The notes below the pieces were generated by a model. The model ran no database searches and was not told the DNA's origin. It was given only the letters and a program-made list of their open reading frames with translations. Below are positions 24,701-36,700 of a DNA stretch of 43,471 bases, piece after piece (within the stretch, counting starts at the first letter, position 1; every line of letters begins with the position of its first letter). The stretch comes from Candidatus Omnitrophota bacterium (GTDB lineage Bacteria > Omnitrophota > Gorgyraeia > Aquiviventales > Aquiviventaceae), in the NCBI GenBank assembly GCA_020057015.1, contig JAGVGS010000107.1:1-43471 (forward strand). Reading direction: 5' to 3'. Both the position numbers and the translations under genes were made by a program.

Positions 24701-27700
24701 GGCACACCGTATGCCTGGACGCTGCCGGACAGTCTGAGCAATGCCGCCCGTATTCAGGTGCGTACGGTGGATCAGCCCTTGGTCATTTATGATGATTCGG
24801 ATGCTGACTTCTTCCTGAAGGGGTCGCTCACCGTCACTGCGCCGAATACAGCGGTGACCTGGTACCGGGGGGATATCCAAAACGTGACCTGGACGCGCGC
24901 CGGGACAACCGGTGCGATGACCGGCAATGTTGACATTCATTACACCCCGGACAATGGGTCCAATTACTACGCGATCAGCGTGAACAACGTGCTGGCCAGC
25001 GCCGGCACCTACCCTTGGACCATTCCGACCGATGCGCCGAACGATACCGTGCAAAGCGATACGGTCAAGGTGCGCGTGCGTCTCTCGAGCGACACCGTCG
25101 TGTCCGATGAATCCAACGTCACCTTTAAGATCAAGCCTCGGCTGACCCTCACCGCGCCCAACACCAACGTTGCGTGGATCGTGGGCACCTCGCAGAACAT
25201 CACGTGGACCACGGCCGGCAGCGTGCCTAAGGTGAAGCTGAGCTATTCCACCACCGGGGGCAGTCCCTACGCGAACAGCATCGTGGCGGATCTGAGCAAC
25301 GTGAACAGCTATGCCTGGACGATTCCCGATGCCATTGGCACCCAACTGCGCGTGCTGGTGGCGAAAGACACGCCGGTGGATCCGGATAGTGCCGTGGAAG
25401 ACTTTTCCGATGCGGACTTTGAGATCAAGGGGTCGCTCACGCTGACGTCACCGAACCTGGGGACCGAGGTCTGGATCGTGGGCAGCTCGCAGAACATTAC
25501 CTGGACCAAGACCGGCAGCCTCACCGGCAATGTGAAGCTGTATTACTCCACGGACGGCGGGAGCACGTATGTGGGCGACCCGGCTAGCCCCTTTGCCACG
25601 GTGGCCGTGACCGCCGGCAGCTACGCCTGGACGATTCCGGACGCCATCGACAACGACCTGAAAGTCAAGGTCGTGTATGTTAACGACACGGCGGTGGCCG
25701 ATGCCTCAAACGCCGTCTTTACGGTGAAGGGGTCACTCACCATTACCGCACCCAACACCGGCACCGAGATCTGGGATGTGAACACCTTGCACAACATCAC
25801 CTGGACCAAGACCGGTACCATCGGCAATGTGGATTTGAGCCTCTCGCTGGATGGCGGGACCGATGGCTATGCGACGTCGATCGTCACCGGGGTGACCTCC
25901 ACCTCGCCGTATGCCTGGACGATCCCGAGCAACACCACCTTGACGGTCCAAGCCCGCGTGAAGATCGCACCCGTGACCGCCGCCCAGGCCGCGGCCGACA
26001 CCTCGGATGCCAACTTTCGCCTGCGCGGCAGCTTTACCCTAACCGCACCGAGCGGGCCGGAGAACTGGATCGTGGGGGCCTCCCAGAACATCACGTGGAC
26101 ATCGCTTGGCGGCATAGCCAACGCGAAGCTGGAATATTCCCGTGATAGCGGCAGCGACGGCTATCCGTATCTCATCACCGCCTCCACCCCGGCCGGGGCA
26201 GGCAGCTACGCTTGGACCGTGGGCTGGGCAGCGGCGGATGCGGATAAGACCAACAGCAGCACCATCCGCGTGCGGGTCTCGGATGCCGCGACCGCGGACG
26301 TCAACGACACCTCGGATGCGGACTTTACCATCCGCGGCTCGCTGGCGCTGACCGCCCCGAACGGCGGCGAAAACTGGCTGGTCGGCAGCAGCCAGAACAT
26401 CGCTTGGACCCGCACTGGGAAAATCCCGAACGTGAAGCTGGTGTATTCGGTGGATAGCGGGGTCGATGGGTATCCTGAATCAACACCCAATCAAACGATT
26501 GTTGGCTCCACCTCTGGCGAAGCGCTCAGCTACGCCTGGACGATTCCGGATAAAATCGGCACCGCGCTGCGGGTGAAGATCTATGACCTGAGCAGTGTCT
26601 CGGCGACGCCGGATACCTCGAATGCGGACTTTACCATCCGCGGCTCGCTAGCCGTGACCGCGCCCAACGGTAGCGAGAGCTGGACCTATGGCGGGGCAGC
26701 CCAGAACGTGACCTGGACGCTCAACGGCACGGTCACTGGGAATGTGAAGCTCTATTACTCCAACAACGGCGGCAGCAGCTATATGGGGGATCCAGGTACG
26801 CCCTTTGCCACCGTAGCCGCCTCGGCCGGGACCTATGCCTGGACGATTCCGGATGACCTCACCACGCAGGCTCGCGTGAAAATCACTCACGCCGGCAGCC
26901 CTACGGCGGATCCGGACGAGTCGAACGCCAACTTTACCATCAAAGGGGTATTGGTTTTGGTTGCCCCCAACGGCGGGGAGGACTGGCGCGCGGATGAGAG
27001 CCAGAACATCACCTGGACCCGCACCGGCACCATCGCCCTGGTGAACCTGTACTACTCCACCAACAGCGGCGGCACGTATCCGGTGACGATTGCCAGCGCT
27101 GTGAACGGCGGCAACCTGAGCCGCGCGTGGACGATCCCCAACACCCTGAGTGTCACCACCGCGCGCGTCAAGATCGAAGACAATGGCAATACCGCGGTGC
27201 TGGATACCTCGGATGCTGACTTCATCATCAAGCCGAAGCTTACTTTGCTGACCCCGAACGGCAGCGAAGTCTGGTACGTAAACAACAACACCGATGACAT
27301 TACCTGGACCACGAACGGCACGGTGGCGGAAGTGAACCTGAAGTACGCCACCGATGGGAGCACGTTCAGCAACCCGATCGCGACGCAGTTGGCCAACATC
27401 AACGCGTATGACAACTGGGTGATTCCCGATGCGCTCAGCACGACGGTGAAGGTGCGGGTGGAGAGCTTCACCGATGCGGCGAACGTGTCCGACGTCTCCA
27501 ACGCCGACTTCACGATCCGCGGCGCCATCACCGTGACCGCGCCCAACACGAACGTCACGTGGATTGTCGGCGACTCACAAAACGTGACCTGGACCAAGGT
27601 CGGCAGCCTCACCGGCAACGTCAATCTCTACTACTCGACGAATGGCGGCAGCAGCTACCTGGGCGACCCCGGCACGCCATTTGCTACTCCCACGGTGGCT

Positions 27701-30700
27701 TCGGGTAGCTATGCCTTGACGATTCCCGATGCGATCGGCAGCAACCTGAAGGTGAAAGCGGTTCTGGCGAATAACACCAGTGTGACCGATGAATCCAACA
27801 CGGCCTTTACCGTGAAGGGCTCGCTCATCATCAGCGCGCCTAACGGCGGAGAAGTCTGGGATGTGAACACCCTGAACAACATCACCTGGACCAAAACCGG
27901 CACCATCGGCAACGTGGATTTAAGCCTCTCGCTCGATGGCGGCACAGACGCCTACGCAACCTCGATTGTCACGGGGATCTCAGCCACCTCGCCCTATGCC
28001 TGGACCATTCCGAGCAACACCACCTTGACAGCCCAAGCCCGCGTGAAGATCGCACCCGTGACCGCAGCCCAGGCCGCAGCCGACACGTCCGATGCCAACT
28101 TCCGCCTCCGCGGCAGCTTTACCCTGACCGCGCCCAACGGCGGCGAGCCCTGGATCGTGGGGGCGGCCAATAACGTCACCTGGACGCTGCTCGGCGGCAT
28201 GGTCAACGCCAAGCTCGAATACACGCGTGATGGCGGCTCTACGTATCACACCATTGTGGCCTCGACTGCCGCCGGCTCAGGCAGCTATGCCTGGACCGTG
28301 GACTGGGCCAACAGCGATAACAGCAAACAGGTGTTGAACAGCAATACCATGCGCGTGCGGATATCCGACGCAGCGGATGTCACGGTGCAGGATAGCTCCA
28401 ACGCGAACTTTACGGTGAAGGGGAGCCTCACCCTGGCGGCCCCCAACGGTGGCGAGAACTGGCTGGTAGGCGGGGCACAGAACATCACTTGGACCCGCAC
28501 CGGGTATCTGCCGAACGTGAAGCTGGAGTATTCAACGGACGGCGGTTCCACCTATCCCAACGAAATCGTAGCCTCGACGTCAGGAGAGGCCCTGAGCTAT
28601 GCATGGACCATCCCGAACGCCATTGATAATGATCTGCGCGTGCAAGTCACCGATTTGAGTGCGGTGGCGGCTGCTGCGGATGTGTCGAATGCCAATTTCA
28701 CGATCCGCGGCGCGCTGACGCTTACCTCGCCCAACGGCGGCGAGCAGCTCGGGATTGCCGGCAGCCACAATATTACCTGGACCCGCACCGGGACGGTCAC
28801 CGAAAACGTGAAACTGGTGTACTCGACCGACGGGGGCTCGACCTATCCGGAACCAAGCAAGGTGATCGTCTCGGATGTCGTCGCCGCAACGCAGACCTAT
28901 GCCTGGACGGTTCCCGATGCCCCGACGATCCAGGCCCGCGTGAAAATCATCCACACGCCGGTGGCGACTCCGCTGGCCGACCCTGATGAGTCCAACGCCA
29001 ACTTCAGCATCAAAGGGACTCTGACCATCGTCGCCCCGAATGGCGCCGAGACGTGGAAGAGCGGCGAGTCGCGCAACATCACCTGGACCCGCGGCGGCAG
29101 CATCGCTAGCGTCAGGTTGAGCTACTCGAAGGACAGCGGAGCGACGTTCCCGACCCAGATCATCGCCTCTACGGCCGGCGCCGACCTGGCTTATGGCTGG
29201 ACCGTGCCGGATGTCGTGACGGCGGCGGATCGCACGAAGATTCGGGTGAAGATCGAGGATGTAGGTGATCCCACGGTGAGCGACACGTCCAACGCCGATT
29301 TCACGATTCGGCCCCAACTGACGTTGACGGCCCCCAACGGCGGCCAGACCTGGCTCGTGGGCGCTTCGCAGAATATTACGTGGACAAAGAACGGCAGCAT
29401 TCCGAACGTGAAACTCGTCTACTCGACCGATAGCGGCAGCACCTACCCTGAAGCCGCCCCTGATAACACGATTACGGGCTCCACGCCCGGGGCTGACCTG
29501 TCGTTTGCTTGGACCGTGCCGGATAAGGTGGGCACGCTGCTGCGCGTGAAGATCGTGCAGACCGATGATGCCGCGGTGGTGGACACGTCGGATGGCGATT
29601 TCGCCATCAAGGGCTCGCTCGCACTGACCTCACCCAACGGCGGGGAAACTTGGCTCGTCAACGAGTCGCGGGCCGTGACCTGGACCCGCGTGGGCACCAC
29701 GGGCACGATGGCCGGCAACGTTGAGCTGGCCTACTCGATCAACGGGGGCACCGGCTACGGGGCCGCGTTTGCCACCCCGCTGGCCAGCGCCTTAACCTAC
29801 GCCTGGACCGTGCCCGATGCCATTGGTACCCAGCTGCGGGTGCGCGTGCGGGCCGAAGGGGACACCTCGGTCAGCGATGAGTCAAATGCCAACTTCACCA
29901 TCAAGGGTATCCTGGCGCTCACCGCCCCGAATGGTGGTCAGACCTGGGGGGTGGGGACCACGCCCAACATCACCTGGACCCGCACCGGCTCGATTACCAA
30001 TGTGAAGCTCGACTACTCGGTCGATAGCGGCGGCAGCTTCCCCAACGCCATTATTGCCTCGACCGATGCGTCCACCGGGACCTATGCCTGGACCGTGCCG
30101 GCGGGGGCTGTGCTGTCCACGCAAGCGCGCGTGCGGGTGACGGACGCCGCTGATGCCGCGGTGGCGGATGATTCGAATGCCGATTTCAATCTGGTGGGCG
30201 TGCTCGTACTGACGGCCCCCAACGGCGGGGAGATTTGGGCCTATAACACGTCGCAGAACGTCACCTGGACCCGCAGCGGCAATATCAGCAACGTGAAGTT
30301 GGAGTATTCCACCAACGGCGGCTCCAGCTACCCGAACGTGATCATCGGCTCGACCGCGGCCGCCACGCAGTCCTACACCTGGACCGTGCCCAATGAGCAC
30401 AGCGCCACGGTGCGCGTGAAGGTCTCGGATGCGGCGGCGGCGTTTACCGGCATTGTCAGTGACACCTCAAACGCGAATTTCAAGATTCGCTCGGGCTTGA
30501 CCCTGAGTGCGCCGGATGGCGGCGAGGTGTGGACCGTGGGCTCGGCGCAAAGCGTCGGCTGGGGTAGCTCCGGCACGGTGAACAATGTGATGCTGGAGTA
30601 CTCCACGAACGGCGGCTCGAGCTACGATTTCTTGGTGACCAACTCCGCTCCCAATACCGGGTCCTACAGCTGGACCGTGCCGGACGCGATCGGCACTTCG

Positions 30701-33700
30701 GTGCGGGTGAAGATCACTGATGCGGAGGATGCGGCTGCCTCGGATGCCTCGAATGGCAACTTCAAGATCCGCGGTTCGTTGACCTTAGGCGCGCCCAACG
30801 GGGGCGAGCAATGGGGCATTGCGACCTCCAAGAACGTCACCTGGACACGCAACGGCTCCATTGCGAATGTGAAGCTCGACTACTCGCTGAATGGCGGCAC
30901 AGACTATGACGGTTCGATTGTCGCCTCGACCGCGGCCGCGGCCGGCACCTATGCGTGGACCATTCCAGACTTTCCGACTGCGACCGCGCGCGTGAAAGTC
31001 GCCGACGCTGCTGATGCGCTGCTGGTCTTCGACACCTCGAATGCCAACTTCAGCATCAAGGGCTCCGTCAACGTGACCGCGCCCAACGGCGGCGAGACCT
31101 GGATTGTCGGGGCAGACAACAATGTCACCTGGACCAAGTTTGGCTCTATTAGCAGCGTGGAGATCCGCTACTCCGAGAACAACGGGTCGACTTGGCCCGC
31201 TGGCAATATCATTGTCGGCTCCACCAGCGCGGCCGCCGGGACCTATACGTGGACGATTCCAGACAAGATCGGCAATAGTGTCCTCGTGCGGATTACGGAT
31301 ACGGCCGACACGAGCACCCTGGATGACTCCAATGCGGTGTTCAGTATCAAGGGGTCATACGCGTTGACCTCACCGAATGGCAGCGAAACGTGGGTCGTGG
31401 GCGAGAGCCGCAACATTACTTGGACGAAGACCGGGACCTTGGGGAATGCCAAGTTGGAAATGTCGGTGAACGGGGGCAGCGTCTACCCGACAGAAATAGT
31501 CAATCCGGTTGCCTCAGTCGACGGCACCTATGGCTGGACCGTGCCGGACGCCATTGGGACGCAGGTGCGGGTGAAAATCACCCTCTTGTCCGACACCGCG
31601 GTCAATGATGCTTCGAGTGGAAACTTCACCATTAAGGGGTCGTTGACGCTCAACGCGCCCAATGGTGGTGAAGTGTGGACCGTAGGCAGCAACCAGCCCA
31701 TCACGTGGTCCCGCGTGGGGTCGATCGCCAACGTGAAGCTGGTGTACTCCACGGATGGTGGCGTGAGCTATCCAGAGGTGGGTCCGGACAACACGATTGT
31801 GGCTTCGACTGCGGCCGCGGCGGGCAGTTATTCCTGGACGATTCCCGATGCCATTACCACGACCGCGCGCGTGAAAGCGATCGATTTCTCGGATGCCTCG
31901 GTCAGCGACACCTCGAATGCCAATTTCAAGATCGCCGGCTCCCTCGCGCTGACCGCGCCCAACGGCGGCGAAGCCTGGCTCATCGGGGGCAGCCAGAACA
32001 TTACGTGGACCAAGCAAGGCGCCATCGCCAATGTGAAGTTGGAGTATTCGACCAATAGCGGAGGGGCCTATCCGAACGAAATCATTGCCTCGACCTCGGC
32101 CGCGGCCGGCACCTATGCCTGGACCATCCCGGATGCGCCGAGCACTGCCGTGCGGGTGAAGATCACCAACACCTCAGACTCCACGGTCAATGATGCCTCC
32201 AACGCGGACTTCAATATCCGCGGGACGCTGACCGTGGTCGCTCCGAATGGCAGCGAAGTGTGGACCGTGGGCGAGAGCCGTAACATCACCTGGAGCAAGA
32301 CCGGCTCGATCAGCAACGTGGAGCTGCGCTACTCCACGAACAGCGGCAGCAGCTACCCGACCGTCATCGTGGCATCCACCGCGGCCAGTGCCCTCAGCTA
32401 TGCCTGGACCGTGCCCGATGCCATTAGCACGACGGCGCGGGTCAAAATCACTGATACCACGGACTCCGCGGTGACAGACACCTCGAATGCCGACTTCAAA
32501 ATCCGAGGCGCGTTGTTGGTGACGGCGCCCAACGGCGGCGAGACCTGGATTGTGGGCGCTGCCCAGAACATCACCTGGACTCGTACCGGGTCGATTGCCA
32601 ATGTGAAGCTGGACTACGCTACCGATGGCGGGATCGGGTATACCAATCCGATTACCGCCTCTACCGCAGGGGCCGCAGGCACGTATGCCTGGACGATTCC
32701 TGATGCGATCGGCAACCAGGTGCGGGTGCGCATCGGCGATGCGGCCGATGACAACAATGTGTACGACATGTCGGACAACAACCTCACGATCAAGGGCGCG
32801 GTGACCTTGAACGCGCCCAACGGCGCCGAGAGCTGGATCGTGGGCGCTTCGCAGAACATCACGTGGAGCAAAAGCGGCACCTTGGGCAACTGCAAGCTGG
32901 AATACTCCACCACTAGTGGTGCCGCCTACCCCAACGAAATTGTAAACCCGATCGCGTGTGCGACCCTCACCTATGCCTGGACCATCCCGGATGCGATCTC
33001 GGCAGGGGTGCGGGTCAAGCTGACGAACCTGGTCGATACCGGCGTGAGCGATGCCTCGAATGCGGACTTCAACATCAAAGGCTCGTTGACGCTCACCAGC
33101 CCCAACGGCAGCGAGACGTGGCTGGTGGGTGAGACCCGCAGCATCACGTGGACCAAGACCGGCTCGATTGCCACCGCGCGACTGGACTACTCCACCAATG
33201 GCGGGGTGGCGTATCCGAACGTGATCACCGCCTCGACCGGTGCCGGGGGACTCTCGTTCTTGTGGACCGTGCCGGATAACATGTCCACCAACGTCAAGGT
33301 GCGCATCCGCAATGTCGATGACACCACGGTAGAGGATGAATCCAACGCCAGCTTCAAGATCGCCGGATCCTTCACGCTGAATTCGCCCAACGGGGCGGAG
33401 AAGTGGCCGGCCGGCTCGCTGCAGTCGCTCACCTGGAGCAAGACCGGTTCTATTGCGAATGCGAAGTTGGAACTCTCGACCGATGGGGGCAGCACCTATC
33501 CCACGTTGATTGTGGCCACGACCCCAGCGAGCAATTTGAGCTATGCCTGGACGTTGGGCTCGGCCACGAGCACCCAATGCCGCGTGAAGATCACGGACGT
33601 GTCGGACTCGGGGGTGAACGACGCTACTAATGCGAACTTTAAGATCATGGGCGGGTTTAGCCTCACTGCGCCGAATGGCGGCGAAGTCTGGGTGGTGGGC

Positions 33701-36700
33701 AGCAGCCAGAACATCACCTGGACCACCAGCGGGACGGTCGCCAATGTGAAGCTGGACTACTCGACCGATGGGGGTGCTAGCTACCCGAACGTGATCACGG
33801 CCTCGGTGACCAACACCGGCTCCTACGGGTGGACGATTCCTGATGCGATTGGCACGACCCTGCGCGTGAAGGTCGAGGACGTGCTCGATATTGATGCGAA
33901 GGATGAGTCCGATGCCAACTTCAAGATCAAGGGCTCGGTGACCGTGACCGCGCCCAATGGTGGTGAGCTGTGGGATGTTGGCGCGAGTCAAAACATCACG
34001 TGGACCAAGACCGGCACCATTGCCAACGTCAAGATTGAGTTCTCCACCGATGGCGGCACCAACTACCCCGGCGGCGGGCAAGTGATCGCCAATTCATTCA
34101 ACGCCGGAGCGTTCAGCTACAGCTGGACGGTGCCGGACTATATTTACACCACCCTGCGCGTGCGGCTGACTGATGTCGGCGATGCGACGGTGGTGGATCA
34201 GTCCAACAACAACTTCACGGTGCGTGGGGCCTTCACGCTCACCGCGCCGAATGGCGGAGAAAAGTGGAAAGTCGGGGCAACGCAAGTCATCAGCTGGACC
34301 ACGTTTGGGACGATTCCCAATGTGAAGCTGGAGTACTCCAGCAACGGCGGCACGGACTACAGCAACATTGCGGCCTCCGCGGCCAACACCGGCACGTATA
34401 ACTGGACCCTACCTAACGCGATCTCGACCACCGCAAAGGTACGGGTCTCCAATGCAGCCGATGCCGGTACGCTGGATGTCTCGAACGCCAACTTTAAGAT
34501 TATGGGGAACTTCACGGTCACGGCGCCGGATGGCGGCGAAGTGCTGACTGCGGGCAGCAGCTATAACGTCACCTGGACGAACCAGGGCACGGTGTCCAAC
34601 GTCGAGCTGAAATACTCCACCAATAGCGGCGGGGCCTACGGCAATACCATCGTGGGCTCGGCTTCGAACACTGGAACCTATAGCTGGACGGTGCCGGATG
34701 CGATCTCCTCCACCCTGCGGGTGCGGGTGGCTGACGCAACCGATGCGACCGATGCGTTTGATACCTCCAATGCGGACTTCAAGATTCGCGCCGGGTTTAC
34801 CCTGACCGCACCCAATGGGAGTGAGGCCTGGACCGTCGGCACGGCGCGCAATGTGACATGGACCACCGCCGGCACGGTGGCCAACGTGAAGCTCGAGTAC
34901 TCCATCAACGGCGGCACCGATTATGTCAATATCATCGGCTCAACGGCCAACAGCAGTCCCTATAGCTGGACAATTCCCGATGCGATTACCACCGCCGGCC
35001 GGGTGCGGGTCTCGGATGTGAATGACAGCACGGCCAATGATGCCTCGAATGCGAACTTCAAGATCCAAGGGGTGCTCACCATGACCGCGCCCAACGGCGG
35101 GGAGAAGTGGACCGTCAACAGCGCCCGGTCGGTGAGCTGGGACCGCGTCGGATCCATTGCGAACGTGAAACTCGACTTCTCCACGAACGGCGGCTCGATC
35201 TACGCGCCCATTATCGCCTCCACCGCGAACACAGGGACGTATGCCTGGACGATTCCAGATAGCGTCTCGACCGACTGTTTGGTGAAGGTGACCGACACCA
35301 ATGATGCGACGGTGACCGATGCCTCCAACGCGGCCTTCAAGATTCAGGCCGGCTTTGTGGTGACCGCGCCCAACGGCGGCGAGGTGTGGGGCATCGGCTC
35401 AGCCCGCACGATTGCATGGACGACCAATGGAACCGTGGCTTTTGTCAAGATCGACTACTCTACGGATGGCGGGACTAATTACACCAACCAGATTACGACG
35501 TCTACCGCCAACACGGGGACCTACAACTGGACCATCCCGGATGCGATCTCTGGGACGGTGCGGGTGAAAGTCTCCCAAACCACGGATGCCGAGGCGTTTG
35601 ACACTTCGGATGGCAATTTCCGCATCCGTATCAGCGTGGCCTTGGTGGCCCCCAATGGGGCCGAGGTCTGGCGCGTGGGCCAGTCGCGCAACGTCACCTG
35701 GTCAATCAGCGGCACGATTCCCAACGTGAAGCTGCAGTACTCCCGCGATGGGTTCAATGCGGATCTGCAAACCATCAACATCAGTGCGCCCCAAACCGGC
35801 AGTTACGCCTGGACGATCCCGGATGCCATCTCCAACACGGTGCGCGTGCGCGTCAGCGACCCCAATGACATCGGGGCCTTGGATGACTCGAACGCCGACT
35901 TTAGGATCATTGCGAACTTTACCGTGACGGCGCCGAATGGCAGCGAGCAATGGACGGTCGGCAGCGCGCAAACCGTCACGTGGACGTCCGCAGGCTCGGT
36001 GTCCAATGTCAAGCTCGAGTACTCCACCAACTCGGGCGGGTCATGGAACCCCCTCCTGGGTTCCACCCCGAATGACGGTACCCAGGGCTGGACCGTGCCC
36101 GATGCGATCAGTGCCAATGCGCGTTTGCGCGTCAGCGACCCGGCCGACAGCACGTCAGATGATACCTCGGACAATGACTTCAAGATCCGGGCGTTCTTTG
36201 CCCTCAGCGCGCCCAATGGCAGCGAAATCTGGACGGTGAATGAGAGCCGCAACATCACGTGGACGAACACCGGCACGGTGCCCAATGTGAAGCTGGAGTA
36301 TTCCACGGATGGCGGCGCGAACTACAACCAAACCATTGCGGCCTCAACGGGTAATACGGGCACGTATGCCTGGACCGTGCCGGATGCCATTTCCACGACC
36401 GTGCGGGTCAAGGTGACGTCCACTACCGATGTGGATGGCAATGATGCCTCGGATGCGAACTTCAAGATCCGCGGCGCCTTTAATCTCACGGCGCCCAACG
36501 GGGCAGAGAACTGGAAGATTGCCAACAACCACACCATCACCTGGACAACCACCGGCACGATGGCCAACGTCAAGCTCTCCTACTCGACCAACGGAGGGGC
36601 CGCGTTCCCGAACACCATCATCGCCTCGGTGGCGAACACCAATAGCTACGTGTGGAATGTGGCCGATGCGCCCACCACGGCCGGCCGCGTGCGGGTGGAA

